A stretch of DNA of 64,000 bases from Neoechinorhynchus agilis (Eukaryota; Animalia; Acanthocephala), in NCBI GenBank assembly GCA_051530055.1, contig CM121342.1:9997480-10061479 (forward strand), read 5' to 3'. Of the stretch, positions 12,420-25,647 are shown piece by piece. The translations under genes and the position numbers were made by a program. The notes beneath the pieces are model-generated. The model was given only the letters and a program-made list of their open reading frames with translations. It was not told the DNA's origin and made no database searches. Positions within the stretch are counted from its first letter, which is position 1. The number at the start of each line of letters is the position of its first letter.

Positions 12420-12610
12420 ATATTTCGTGGACAAAATCCACCTCTTCAGGCATTGCTTGTAAATTTTTAAATATGTGAGTTCGTCTTAGCAATCTTTGAA
12501 TAGGTGTAGTTTGTCCACGAAATATTTAGTTACGAAACAACCTTCATAATGGCACGAAATGGTGCCTCCGAAATATCGGATCTAATAAATTCCCCAAAAT
12601 TTGACGCCAA
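12420..12610. mobile_element. Palindromic MITE-like fragment
   Basis: TATTTCGTGGACAAA / TTTGTCCACGAAATA inverted pair; loop shares CATTGCTTGTAA.TTTTTAAATATG with ~9745; CCGAAATATCGGATCTAATAAATTC family motif at ~12568. Confidence 0.65.
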
Positions 12611-12767
12611 ACGAAGGATTTTAGATCGAAGATTTAACTTTTCATGTTCCTTGAACAGCACTCTTTTCTGACGGCTTTTCTCATTCTCAGAAGAAAGGAT
12701 AACCGCTGAGTATTGATAAAGCCTTGTTAAATCGGGAAGTCGAAAAGTGTAACTTTTTAAATTTTTC

Positions 12768-15651
12768 ATTTATCTCTCCTATCGACAAATAACAATGAAT
12801 TATCTTTTCAACATGACTAAGCAGATGTATGGAGATCGTGCTTTTAAAACACTCAGGGATTCAGAGAAAAATGGTATACAGAATATGCGGGCAATAATGG
12901 CAGTAGACGTTCTCAGAACATGTAAAAACTGATGTTTTTCCGACTTTTCTTCGCCTAAGATCAACAGCACGGGGATTCTGTGATTCTAGCAGTCGAAAGG
13001 GCATGATGTTCAATCTCATGGATGGGACAATCAGATCGATGTCTGGCAAGGTCAGAGAAACAAAGGCGAACGATTTAAGCTGCTTGAACGTCTCAAAGGG
13101 ATTGGTCGATCAGGAGTTCTATCCATTACTGCTATCGGCTATAAATGAACGAATAGAGATGGATTAGAGATTGATCTATAGACGACACCTGAATAAAATC
13201 GCGAATCTTACAAACAACCCACTCTTTGCGGCGTGAATCAGAACAACTGATTATCCGCAATACTTCAGGGGTGGTTCCACACAACAACCAACCCCCCAAC
13301 AACCACACCTGATTTTACTCCAGCAAGATAAAATCATCAGGAAGATCACCACCCGTTAATGAGAATATGACTTTAGGTACATCTCCCTACACAACGTTGC
13401 ACAATGAAGAGCACATTGATAATCTCAATTTTTGCGAGGTTGGCATGTCCATGGTTCGCACACAAACACATCAGAACGGAAACTTACCATATCGTAGAAA
13501 GTCTCCTCCATCAGTCAAGGCATCAAAGTCTAGTGATCAACAGGAACGTGTCGTCCACATACTGAACAAAACCCCCCCAAACCCACAGCACAGGGGCTAA
13601 CGGGCTGCCCATGGCTACTCCATCTTTCTGGTCATAGTCGATGCGTTGAACTGGAAGTTGCCGAATGAAGTCTTGGAGCTGCTTAGCTATGGTTCGGATT
13701 TTGTTCCGTACAATGCACCGAGGAGAATCGACTATAGGATCAGGTTAGAGACGATCGCAATGACAACGGAACGTGATAATCTAAATATCCCGATCTGGAA
13801 ACTTGAGCGTTTCTATGAATCTGTCTTCAAGAATCGTGGGGTGAATTCCAATGTATCACAAAGGATGTTAAGAGGGGTCAATATGCTCAGGTCGCTCACG
13901 CAGATAGTTCCAGTGAAGATCGATAAAGGATATGGGTATTGTGTATTAAGTCAGCAACAGTATATAAGTGCAGGAGAGGAAATCTTAAATGGAGTCGAAT
14001 TTGCAAGAATATCAAGATGCCCAACGTCTAGTCGTGAAAAAGAATTCAATTCTTTTCTTTTGAACCTTAAAAAACAAGGCAAGCTTCCGGATGGGGATTA
14101 TAAGATCCTTCGCTCAACCGATGCGAAAACGCCCAAAATGTATTTGCTTGCGAAAGTACATAAGGAGCCTATCAAATTCAGACCAATAATTGCGGCACAC
14201 TCCACTTTCTGCACGAACATCTCAAGGAGAGTAGCTGGCATGTTGAGGAGCGCAATGGGATTTTCAGAGAGAGTGGTTTCCTCGGGAGTGGATTTCGTTT
14301 CAAGATTGAAATCGTCTTGGAATTCCCAGTATAGGATGCTGTCGGCAGATGTGATCTCCCTCTTCACCAAAATTCCTGTCGATGTGGCAATAGATCTCGC
14401 AGTTCCTCTCCTGTCTACGAACACTGAATGGAATTTAACTAATAGTGACTGGAGAAAGCTATTGCAGTTTTGCACCAGATTCTGCAACTTCCAGTTCAAC
14501 AGCATCGACTATGACCAGAAAGATGGAGTAGCCATGGGCAGCCCGTTAGCCCCTGTGCTTGCTGAGCTGTATATGCGGCACTGGGATGACGAACATTTGT
14601 CGTCGATACAGGGGGTTAATATCTGATTCAGATATGTGGACGACACGTTCCTGTTGATCGACCCTTCAGAGACTAATATGGATCGCCTTAAACATGAACT
14701 GAATGGAAGGGACGACAATATTCAGTGGACGATCGAGGAGGAGGACCATGGTAAGTTTCCGTTCCTGGATGTGTGGATATACCGATTAGCCAGTGGAAAC
14801 TACACGACCAGCGTGTACCGAAAGAGAGGTATACCAGTGGGCCTTGTGCCATGGACATCAGCCCAACCTCGCAAATACAAAATTTTGAGGATTAGGTCAC
14901 TTATCCACCGTGCTCTTACACATTGTAGCAACGCTAAGTTGTGTAACGAGGAGATTGATTACCTAAAGTACATATCAGGTCGATATGGTTATCCTCTCCA
15001 TCTTGTCGAACCTTCAATGGGGAGACAAAGTCTAAAAAGGAAGAGATCTATGTTGAACTGCCATTCCCTGATGATCATTCGTATCTTGCTATGGAGCGCA
15101 TCATAAAATCAGGATGTGAGGCCAAGAGAGTAAATGTATACACAAAGAGGGGACGCACTCTACACGGATTGATATGTCCCAAGAATGGCCAACAGTCATC
15201 TGGTGCGGTCTACAAAATTCCGTGCTCCGGTTGCGAAGAGGTCTATGTGGGGCAGACCAACAATTTCACCCGACGGATGAAGGAGCACGAATCATCAGTT
15301 GTTCGCAACACGGACATTAGTTCCGCGGTGGTGGTCCATGCACAAAACACAGGGCACACTATTGATTTTAGTGGCGCTACAAAACTAGTTTGCAATGAAC
15401 GGCGTTTCGAACGTATTATCATCGAATCCTTATATATAAATAGGTTCGAAACGTTCGAGGGCAATAAACCTGATTTCAAATTAAGGATGCGACTCCCACC
15501 GGATGTTTTGTGACGCGTGAATTGAGAATCCCTGTTATATGTGTTTTAGATCGCTGAAGAAGATCCGAGATAGTGAATCGAAATATCCAATAAAATCTTA
15601 ATTTGATTTATCTCTCCTATCGACAAATAACAATGAATTATCTTATCAACA
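12768..15651 (+). mobile_element. Penelope-like retroelement (RT + GIY-YIG endonuclease), lightly decayed, with 46-bp terminal direct repeat (partial pLTR)
   Basis: RT motifs LLAKVHKEP, SADVISLFT, GVAMGSPLAPVLA, and FRYVDD after one in-frame TGA (14624-14626). Frameshift near 15020, then AVYKIPC..C...YVGQT. 12768-12813 matches 15606-15651 at 45/46 and contains the ORF start ATGAATTATCTT. Confidence 0.93.
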
Positions 15652-16002
15652 CAACTTTTTAAATATTGAAAAGATAGAAAGTCAAGATTAATCGTTAAAA
15701 ATCGAGTTAGGCTTTCATTTTTTGAAACTTAGGGTTTCTTAAAACAAACGCTTTTCAGATTTCAATGACATTCTCATTTTAATTTTTCGAGAATATTTGA
15801 AGAAGGTATTGAATTAAATTTGCTAAAACGAATTGATCATGATATCTTCAGGATATTACCGATTGGCTGTTTAAAAATCCACGATCTCTACCCTTTTAGG
15901 TCATGTGAACTTTCCCATTGTTCATGTGTTCAAAATTCGCGTGACTCTACGAAAAAGGTCTCAGTAGGCCCTGCGATCGCTGAGCTTCGCTATTTGCGAA
16001 CG

Positions 16003-16527
16003 ATGCTGCTCTTTAGATCTCAATGCTTGGTGGATCCACGCACTGTTCCAGGATGCATTCAAACGTTGCTTCTCATTACATTTCCATTGTTAGTCTCTCA
16101 ACTCTCGGAATATGCGTTTTGGTTCAATCACGATAGCGTAATTTCACTAAAACGACCCGCCAATATGATCGATATTCCTTATATAGTGATACTCAATGAC
16201 ATTTCCTGTTTTCTCGCAGGTTTCGGCAGTTACTTGGCCGCCGATAAAATCGCTCAGATGCCAATCATATTTGTCGCTTATGTCGGAGTCGTCTTGAGCT
16301 TGTTCATTAGCCGAATCGTATTATTCGTCTTGCATGACATCGAGAAGGCAATGTATCTTAGAGCATTGACTTTCTTCGTTCAACTTGGATGTATCGTTAT
16401 ATTTCTTCAACTCAATCTCGTGAGTGGATTGTGCGCAATCGCTATGGCTTCTTATTTGGCTTACAGCGCCTACATTTTGCGAGAAATGGTTCGACTTAAC
16501 CGAGCCGTTAGAGTAAAACGGCAGTAA
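16003..16527 (+). CDS. TSPO: TspO/MBR-family membrane protein, copy 1 (174 aa)
   Basis: SLKRP...LAGFGSYL ~ GLQKP...AMGYGSYL; five hydrophobic segments; YLAYSAYI..EMVRLN ~ YLAWLAF..CVWRDN; divergent. Confidence 0.7.
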   Translation: MLLFRSQCLVDPRTVPGCIQTLLLITFPLLVSQLSEYAFWFNHDSVISLKRPANMIDIPYIVILNDISCFLAGFGSYLAADKIAQMPIIFVAYVGVVLSLFISRIVLFVLHDIEKAMYLRALTFFVQLGCIVIFLQLNLVSGLCAIAMASYLAYSAYILREMVRLNRAVRVKRQ

Positions 16528-16805
16528 ACGGCGAGAATCGACGTTCTTATTTAGACTTAGATCTTTCATTCAATAAATTCTAGTCTTAGTTTGTGGAACG
16601 GTTATTTAGTTTTCATTTCTTAAACTTTGAATGCATTCAAACTTGCCGATCTTTTAATTTCAGTTCAATGATAAAGGTATGTGTTCGAGCTTTTAAAACA
16701 TTTTTTTTCAACATGTTCTTTTTTTATCGACATGGTATAAATTCTCTTATTTAAACATGGAAAAATTGGTTCTTTTTAACACGTAAATTATGCTCATTTA
16801 TTCGG

Positions 16806-17905
16806 TCTGGCGCAACTTTTCTCTTAACCTCCCCGCGATATTAATTGATTTATTGTAAATTTTCTCGACCGCATACGGTCCTCTTCAGACATCTATAAAA
16901 AAAAGTGCATTTTAGATTAATTGATGCTTACATGAAAGGAACTCAGGTACCCGGGGTCGTGAATTCCGAAAGTGATCTCACGCTTCCTTGAATTTTAATT
17001 GCTATCTCTTGGAATCATCCTCAGTTTTCAAGGCGGCGTATTACCCTCCATAAAAAGCGCCCCATTGACCACTCTTTTCCTTGTTCCTTACTGCAGCATC
17101 GCTTTTATGCCTTGTGGACGCAACGTGGTCGCAAATTGCAGGCGACGTGTTTCCTCTTATCCTTTTTTTAAAATTAGTTGACTAGTTTGACCGATATAGA
17201 TTTTATTACAGCTCCTCGAACATGGAATCCGATAGACTACATCTTTGTGTCGCTGTTTCCTTTTAAAGATACAGCAAGATTTGTCTCCGTTCGTCCCTAC
17301 ACCTCCTTCTCACTAGGTGTCTTCGTACTTGGGAGTGCAACCTTTTATTAATGAATTGAGTCTTCAAAAATGTCCTGTGCCTGTTTGACACACAAATCAC
17401 TGTGAGGAATCATATCAGACCCTTCGTCTACACATTTGAGCTACTCATGAACTTGCTTATCGTCTGATTATACGGTCGGTTCACTGTCTATCCTAGGATA
17501 ACCCTCATCCACTAGATTTTGTCGGATCCTACCGATCTCTCCCTAGTTAGTTCCTGAGGTTCTGAACAGATTCAATAGGCTCTCAGAAAAAGGGATTTTG
17601 CAGCTGCTATTTTATACTGGTTTGGTTTGTGAGAGCACCAACTGCTATTGTGCCAGTCTACATTTCGCTTTCTCTGAAGACTCTCGTTTCGATTTTTAAG
17701 ACATTTCGGACGATCTCAACGTCGAGAAATGATATCCTCTAATTTACCTCCCTAACTACCGTAGGATGCCCTCGATATCAATCTCCTGTGCGTCACGATC
17801 AAACACCATGAATACATCATCCACGTATCTCCCCGCATGCGGTCGGGAAAATTTACAATAAATCAATTAATATCGCGGGGAGGTTAAGAGAAAAGTTGCG
17901 CCAGA
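16806..17905 (-). mobile_element. 1.1-kb element with ~73-bp terminal inverted repeats enclosing a decayed Penelope-type RT/GIY-YIG fragment
   Basis: 16806-16878 is the reverse complement of 17833-17905. The minus strand inside gives RYVDDVFM (~17820) and VVYRIPC..C..IYIGQT (~17200). Confidence 0.8.
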
Positions 17906-18452
17906 ACAATTAACTATGTTTTCTCTTGAATCAAGAAATGTGTATTCTTTTCTCTACAAGAAGAGTTTGCAAACATCTATGGCATCTCGCTCATCTGCCG
18001 TCCTGGACGATCTGAGGGGCTTGCACATTCTCCACACATTACTGAGAAAACGAATTTAGCTGAGATATGTGGACGATGTACTAATGTCCTACAGGGAGAC
18101 CGGGCGGCTTAAAGGGGCGAGGGACAACTCGGCGGACTTCTTGCCTTTAATTACGATTCAAGGCTGACGATGCCACCACGCTCCAATTGCACAACAAGCC
18201 TTGCGAGAAAGTCATAGTTATGCATTGAGAATCTCATAATCTTTTTGGGTGATAAAGCAGGCGATCTAAAAGATGACAAGGATTTGCTCATCTTCGTTGA
18301 AGGTTGTAAGTGTGGCTGCTGAGGTTTTAAATAGAATGTTCGACTTATTTTAAAGCACCCGGATGTCAATTTCCAAGGTCGGAGGTCGTCGAAAAGGCCA
18401 TTTTGCATAAGGACCAAAATTTCGTCTATGAAACTTCCCGTTTTTAATGCAA

Positions 18453-21333
18453 ACAGGAACAGATCATGCACTGATAGCAAATCTTCGCTCTCTTGGTCCT
18501 GAACATCTAATGATTCTTCGTGATTTCAATAATCTTCCTACATCACTATCTCAGTGTTCCGAGGACCCAAAGATACATGGGTCCTTTGCTTTGTTTACTA
18601 ATAAATAAACGTGTTATTAATCATGGCCGTGTACAATGGGAAAATGCGGTCTCCATCTTCCAAACACGATTGAAAGTTCCATCCATGCCGTGAACAGGAA
18701 CAGATCATGCACTGATAGCAAATCTTCACTCTCTTGGTCCTGAACATATAATCATTCTTCGTGATTTCAATAATCCTCCTACATAACTATCTCAGTGTTC
18801 GGAGGACGCAAAGATACATGGGGCCTTTGCTTTGTTAACTCATAAATAAACGTGTTATTAATCATGGGCCTGTACAATGGGAAAATGCGGTCTCCATCCT
18901 CCAAACACGACTGAAAGTTCCATATATGCCGTGAACAGGAACAGATCATGAACTGATAGGAAATCTTCGCTCTCTTGGTCCTGAACATCTAATCATTGTT
19001 CTTGATTTCAATAATCTTCCCTCATCACTATCTCAGTGTTCGGAGGACCCAAAGATACATGGGCCTTTTGCTTTGTTAACTCATAAATAAACGACTTATT
19101 AATCATGGCCGTGTACAATGGGAAAATGCGGTCTCCATCTTCCAAACACCATTCAAAGTTCCACCCATGCCGCGAACAGGAACAGATCATGCACTGGTAG
19201 CAAATCGTCACCCTCTTGGTCTTGAACATCTAATCATTCTTCGATATTTCAATAATCTTCCTACATCACTATCTCAGTGTTCCGAGGACCCAAAGATACA
19301 TGGGTTTTTTGCTTTGTTTACTAATAAATAAACGTGTTATTAATCATGGCCATGTTCAATGGGAAAATGCGGTCTCCATCTTCCAAACACCATTCAAAGT
19401 TCCATCCATGCCGCGAACAGGAACAGATCATGCACTGATAGCAAATCTTCACTCTCTTGGTCCAGAACATATAATCATTCTTCGTGATTTCAATAATCTT
19501 CCTACATCACTATCTCAGTGTTCCGAGGACCCAAAGATACATGGGTCCTTTGCTTTGTTAACTCATAAATAAACGTGTTATTAATCATGGCCGTGTACAA
19601 TGGGAAAATGCGGTCTCCATCCTCCAAACACGATTGAAAGTTCCATATATGCCGTGAACAGGAACAGATCATGAACTGATTGCAAATCTTCACTCTCTTG
19701 GTCCTGAACATATAATCATTCTTCGTGATTTCAATAATCCTCCTACATAACTATCTCAGTGTTCCGAGGACCCAAAGATACATGGGGCCTTTGCTTTGTT
19801 AACTCATAAATAAACGTGTTATTAATCATGGCCGTGTACAATGGGAAAATGCGGTCTCCATCTTCCAAACACCATTCAAAGTTCCATCCATGCCGCGAAC
19901 AGGAACAGATCATGCACTGGTTGCAAATCTTCGCTCTCTTGGTCCTGAACATCTAATCATTCTTCGTGATTTCAATAATCATCCTACATCACTATCTCAG
20001 TGTTCGGAGGACCCAAAGATACATGGGTTTTTTGCTTTGTTAACTCATAAATAAACGTGTTATTAATCATGGCCGTGTACAATGGGAAAATGCGGTCTCC
20101 GTCTTCCAAACACCATTCAAAGTTCCATCCATGCCGCGAACAGGAACAGATCATGCACTGATAGCAAATCTTCACTCTCTTGGTCCTGAACATCTAATCA
20201 TTCTTCGTGATTTCAATAATCTTCCTACATCACTATCTCAGTGTTCATAGGACCCAAAGATACATGGGTCTTTTGCTTTGTCAACTCATAAATAAAAGTG
20301 TTATTAATCATGGCCGTGTACAATGGGAAAATGCGGTTTCCATCTTCCAAACACCATTCAAAGTTCCATCCATGCCGCGAACAGGAACAGATCATGCACT
20401 GATAGCAAATCTTTACTCTCTTGGTCTTGAACATCTAATCATTCTTCGTGATTTCAATAATCTTCCTACATCACTATCTCAGTGTTCGGAGGACCCAAAG
20501 ATACATGGGTTTTTTGCTTTGTTTACTAATAAATAAACGTGTTATTAATCATGGCCATGTACATTGAGAAAATGCGGTCTCCATCTTCCAAACACCATCC
20601 AAAGTTCCATCTATGCCGCGAAGAGGAACAGATCATACACTGATAGCAAATCTTCGCTCTCTTGGTCTTGAACATCTTCTCATTCTTCGTGATTTCAATA
20701 ATCTTCCTACATTACTATCTCAGTGCTCGGAGGACCCAAAGATACATGGGTTTTTTGCTTTGTTTACTAATAAATAAACGTGTTATTAATCATGGCCATG
20801 TACATTGAGAAAATGCGGTCTCCATCTTCCAAACACCATCCAAAGTTCCATCCATGCCGCGAACAGGAACAGATCATGCACTGGTTGCAAATCTTCGCTT
20901 TCTTGGTCCTGAACATCTAATCATTCTTCGTGATTTGAATAATGATCCTACATCACTATCTCAGTGTTCCGAGGACCCAAAGATACATGGGTCTTTTGCT
21001 TTGTTTACTCATAAATGAACGTGTTATTAATCATGGCCGTGTTCAATGAGAAAATTCGGTCTCCGTCTTTCAAACACCATTCAAAGTTCCATCTATGCCG
21101 CGAACAGGAACAGATCATGAACTGATTGCAAATCGTAACTCTCTTGGTCTTGAACATCTAATCATTCTTCGATATTTCAATAACCTTCCTACATCACTAT
21201 CTCAGTGTTCCGAGGACCCAAAGATACATGGGTTTTTTGCTTTGTTAACTCATAAATAAAAGTGTTATTAATCATGGCCGTGTACAATGGGAAAATGCGG
21301 TCTCCATCTTCCAAACACCATTCAAAGTTCCAC
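18453..21333. repeat. Tandem array, ~12 x 241 bp
   Basis: CATCACTATCTCAGTGTT-type marker recurs every 241 nt from 18541 to 21193. Confidence 0.97.
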
Positions 21334-23364
21334 CCCTGTCGTGTCGAATTGGTACCATACGAGAGACCCATTGGAACTTTCGCTCACGGAATCACGGCTT
21401 ATCTCGCAAGAGGTGAAAAGTAAGACTGATGGTTGCAGGTAGGAGACGGCCAAAATGTTACTCTTAACCAATTGGACGATTAAACTCCTCACTGGCTTTG
21501 TTCTAATTATCTTTGTAGATGGTTTTGAGGGAACCTGAAGAAGTAAAAGTCGAAAATATTTGATCAAAATAAATTTGTTCTAAACCGCTAAAATAAAAAT
21601 TATCAAAAGAAAAGCATGCAATTGAGAAATCAGTTGATAATTTAATGACTGATCAACATTTGGTTGAGCAAACCTATTCTCGTCGACATGATCATATATG
21701 CTGCGAACCTATAGAAACTGTAATCGTTGGCAAAAGTTGCCTCGGTAAGCAGGTTTGCTTAACCCCAATCGCTTTTCAAACTGGATTGTAAGCGATAATC
21801 CCGTACGGAATTTTCCGGAATAACCGCTTATTTTACAAAATTTTCAATGAGATTCAGAAAATCGCTTAAATAACAATATTTCTCGCTTATCTAAAGAATT
21901 TAAAAATAAACTGTGTATTTGTTTCACCATCCAGTTCTATTTTTTGGAGGGCCTTTACCAGTTTTGATTTCATGAATTTAAGGTAGGGACTTGCCGCAGT
22001 TATTGCAACTTTCTTAATAGCAAAGGTGCTCGTGATTTCGGGCTAGTCCTTTTTATCAAGACTGAAATATAGATCGATTCATATTTAATCCAAATGCTCG
22101 TTGTAAATTGAACGAGATAGATGGCAAAAGTGCCGCTATGGAGATTATACACTTAACTGCGACAGTATTTTCTCATTGATAACTATTGTCTCCTAATAAT
22201 ATGAGAGCCATGTTGAAAATACGAGGAGCCAAAGGTGATTTCTACAGTTAAGTTCTCTTCAAGCTTAAACGAGTATTTCTTCATCCGTTATTTTACAATA
22301 TTTCTCCCATTAAGTTTCAGGATATTTTCGATTAAATGTCGATCGCCGTTAACAATACGTATCATGCCGTTTTATTAGTCTGCATTATAGTTCTTTTCTC
22401 TAAGAATCTCATTTTCAGATGTTTTATATATTAGATAATAATATGAGCATAAGAATAAGGTATCTTCAGGCGATTATCGGTGTACAGATTACAGTTAAAG
22501 CGATCGTGAAACAAAACTAAATAATTTTTTAAATTATTTCCGTTTGTAGGAATGCGAACGCTTTTACAAAAATTTCCAATAATCGAATCTAACTTTGAGG
22601 ACCATCACATTTACGATTTTCATCTGAAATAATTGCAAGTTTTATGTTGTTCCTTGAACGCTAATGGCTACTTATGCAAAATTACCTACAGATGCTTCCA
22701 CAAAATGATATTTAAAAAAACATTAATCTATTGATTTTGCGTTTCGTTTTGGGGATGCTGGAAATTGCAGTTTGTCCATTCTTCATTCATTAAACAAATT
22801 CGAGTTTTCGGCATTTCGATTCGTCGTCGTTGTTGTTGGCTATTCGCTGTTATCTAAGAAAACGTTTTTAATCAATAATTTGCTAAGCTCCTCGATCTTT
22901 AAGGTTATTGTGTGTTTGTGGAGTTTTCATATAGTTAGAAGTCTTGGATTATTGTCTCCGGGGAAAAGATACTTTTTGGTAGTTTTGCCCCGATTCCGAC
23001 ATTATCAAGGTTTGTAATTGTTGAAGTGTTTTATGCGCACGACAATGTCGGAATGAACCGACGTGAAAAATCGGAAATAAATCAGTGAATTTAAATCTGG
23101 GGCGGTATAACTATTAAAAGAGAATATTTAGAAATTATGATAGTTTTTGCCTTCCTGTGATAAAATAATCTTACATTTCAGATCCATCTTTGTACTGGTA
23201 ATTTTTCCCATGACTGAAATAAATTCCCACTACAATAAGATAATTTCAAATTGCCAATCTTATTCTCCGATTCGATAGCGTTTATTGGAACACACAATTA
23301 TCAAATTTCCCATTTAAATATCAATTTTAATGAGAAGTTTCAAAACAAAGATTGTATTTCATGT

Positions 23365-24934
23365 CTATAAAGGGTTCCCATCAACACCAATCAGCATAAT
23401 CTCCATGTTCTCTATATTAAATGAACCATTTTTATCGGAATTAAATACGCTTGTTTCCCAGCAGCCCCTAGGATCTTCGAACCAATTGAGCACCGACGAA
23501 AATAATCGATCTCTAAATCCGTACATTTTATCATCATCAAGAGGTCGAATATCCAACATTTCTACACTGTTATTGCTAGGGGACACAATCACAATACTCA
23601 GTTTGCCTCTTCGTCCAGGATTTGAAAAATCAGGTTTGATTGTAACATTCAGAATTACATGTTCTAAACTGGCTATCGCAGACGAGGACGAATTGCAGAC
23701 ATCGGTACAAACTCGGAAACGCTCCATAGAATCACTTGCTAAGAAAGTATGTTTTGTTAATTGAACCTTACAGATATTAGATTTCGGCAGTTTACGACCT
23801 TTCATCGAAATGGCGTTATCCACAAAAGATTTGGGATCAAGAATTCCAAACCCAAAAAAATCACTTACCCAATATCCAGCTCCATTTTTCCACCATCCTT
23901 TATGCATAGCCCGATGAGTTTTCATATTTGGCTGCTTAACGGATGACATAATTACCAAATACTGGATTTGCCTATAATCGAGAAAAGGATTTGCTTCAAG
24001 TCCAAGTGCAATAATGGCCGCTACCATTGGAACTGCTGCTGATGTGCCATTGAAATCTTCATTACACGTGCCATTTAGACCCGCAGTTATTATCCGATTT
24101 GAAATGCCATCGCTGGTATATGCAGTTGTCATGATGGCGGCACATTTTTCAGCGTAATACGGCGATGAATGGTTTCTTAGAATGCTAGCCACCGCAATCG
24201 AGTATTGGGAATTCACATGAAAAAAGACAGCACAATTATCCAAAACATCACCGCTGTTACCAGTGGAAGTAACAAAAGAAGATCCTAAACCTTTACGCCC
24301 AAACCGCGCATTATTGGCTAGTATAAGACTATCGGTTTCATCATTTTCCGAAACTGAGCTGCCGTTATCCCGCGCGCCAAGGGACATGCTATAAATATCA
24401 ATCATTGATTTTATTGTGCAACGTTGCATTATGTATCGATATTCCATTACAGTATATAAACCGAAAAAAAGATTATGCATCGCTGCTTTTTAAGCCATAG
24501 TATCCTTCTAGGGGATCGTTTGCATCGAATAAAAGACGGAATCTCTCGTTTACGTTTAAGCTGATGATTTTGGAATCATAGGCGATGCCTACACTACAAA
24601 TATTATTGTCTGGTTTCGCAGCTATGATTCCGGCACAGCCATTTCCATGAGACGAGTAAACGGTTGAGCTTGGCAGAGTCGCTAAGATACTACCCTTCAA
24701 TTCAGGATGATCGCATTCAACACCAAAATCAATTATACCCACAACTACACCTTTTCCGGTATAACCCTCGTTCCAAACCCTTTCGATATTCAATGCAGAT
24801 TGATGAAGATACCAACTATTGGGCCATTTCTCGTCGCTCACCGGCGATGATGTTGTTGATGCTGATAATGAACCATTTTTCGGCAGACTATAAGCAATGC
24901 TTACGGAGACTAGGAGCATAAAAATTGTTGACAT
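23365..24934 (-). CDS. Secreted kexin/furin-like proprotein convertase (S8B + P domain) with no obvious prodomain
   Basis: Signal peptide, WYL, IIDFG (Asp), SHGNGCAG (His), TGNSG (oxyanion Asn), NGTSAA (Ser), SLEHV and GKLSIVIVSPS P-domain motifs; one frame break at 24410-24490. Confidence 0.9.
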
Positions 24935-25647
24935 AACTTAACCTTGATCTGAGTTGACTTTTCTGACATTTTTACATTTAGTAGTTGAAGGTTGTCGTTT
25001 AGAGTCATGCAATGAAACTACTTCAAGTGCGTGTCGTGCGCACAATAAACTGAACACCTTAATTAATTCCAGAAATTTAAATCAATCAATTCGTGTCGCC
25101 ATAAAAAATTATAATACTCAGAATTCCTAGCTGCAGTATGCGTGATTTTGTATACCCAATACATTCGTGAAGTCGTCGATTTTTTAGACGATCAAACTCA
25201 ATCTTCTAGACGGCGCCTTCGCAAGTTGTGCAATCGAATGTTAAATCACCTTCAATGGTTCGGATTTACGACCGCTTTTATAGTCCAAAAATTTAAATTT
25301 AATTTATGACAATAAAAAGAGTTCGAAAAGCATTCTCGCCACCGATCGGGATCAATCAATTGCCATCATGGTGTAATGGTCGAAAATACGGATTCATCGT
25401 CTTCTGGAAGGACATTTCACGGCGTCGGCTTTGCAATATGCGACAAACAAAAGTTGCAACTCCCCGAACCCCGGCATACGATCCAAGTTATTCCTTAAGA
25501 TGCTGCCAATTCGGCAGTAAAACCAAGCGCAAATGAAAAACAACACGTTTGAATTCTACAATGCGATAAAGTATGCCTTCGAGCCGTTCCAAAGCAAGAA
25601 ACCTTTGGACGGTGAGCTGAGCTTTTCCCACCTCCTGAATAGAATCA

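Noticed and set aside
18453-21333. CRISPR-like array
   Set aside because: Whole units repeat with no unique spacers, the context is eukaryotic and there are no cas genes; the same applies to the other arrays
24416-24476. U12-type AT-AC reading of the furin-like insert (ATAATCTTT...GCAC, 61 nt)
   Set aside because: It is frame-compatible, but the 5' site deviates from ATATCCTT and there is no TCCTTAAC branch site; kept only as one possible boundary
25362-25430. tRNA-like start (CATGGTGTAATGGT, A-box)
   Set aside because: No T-arm GTTC/B-box and no closing acceptor stem
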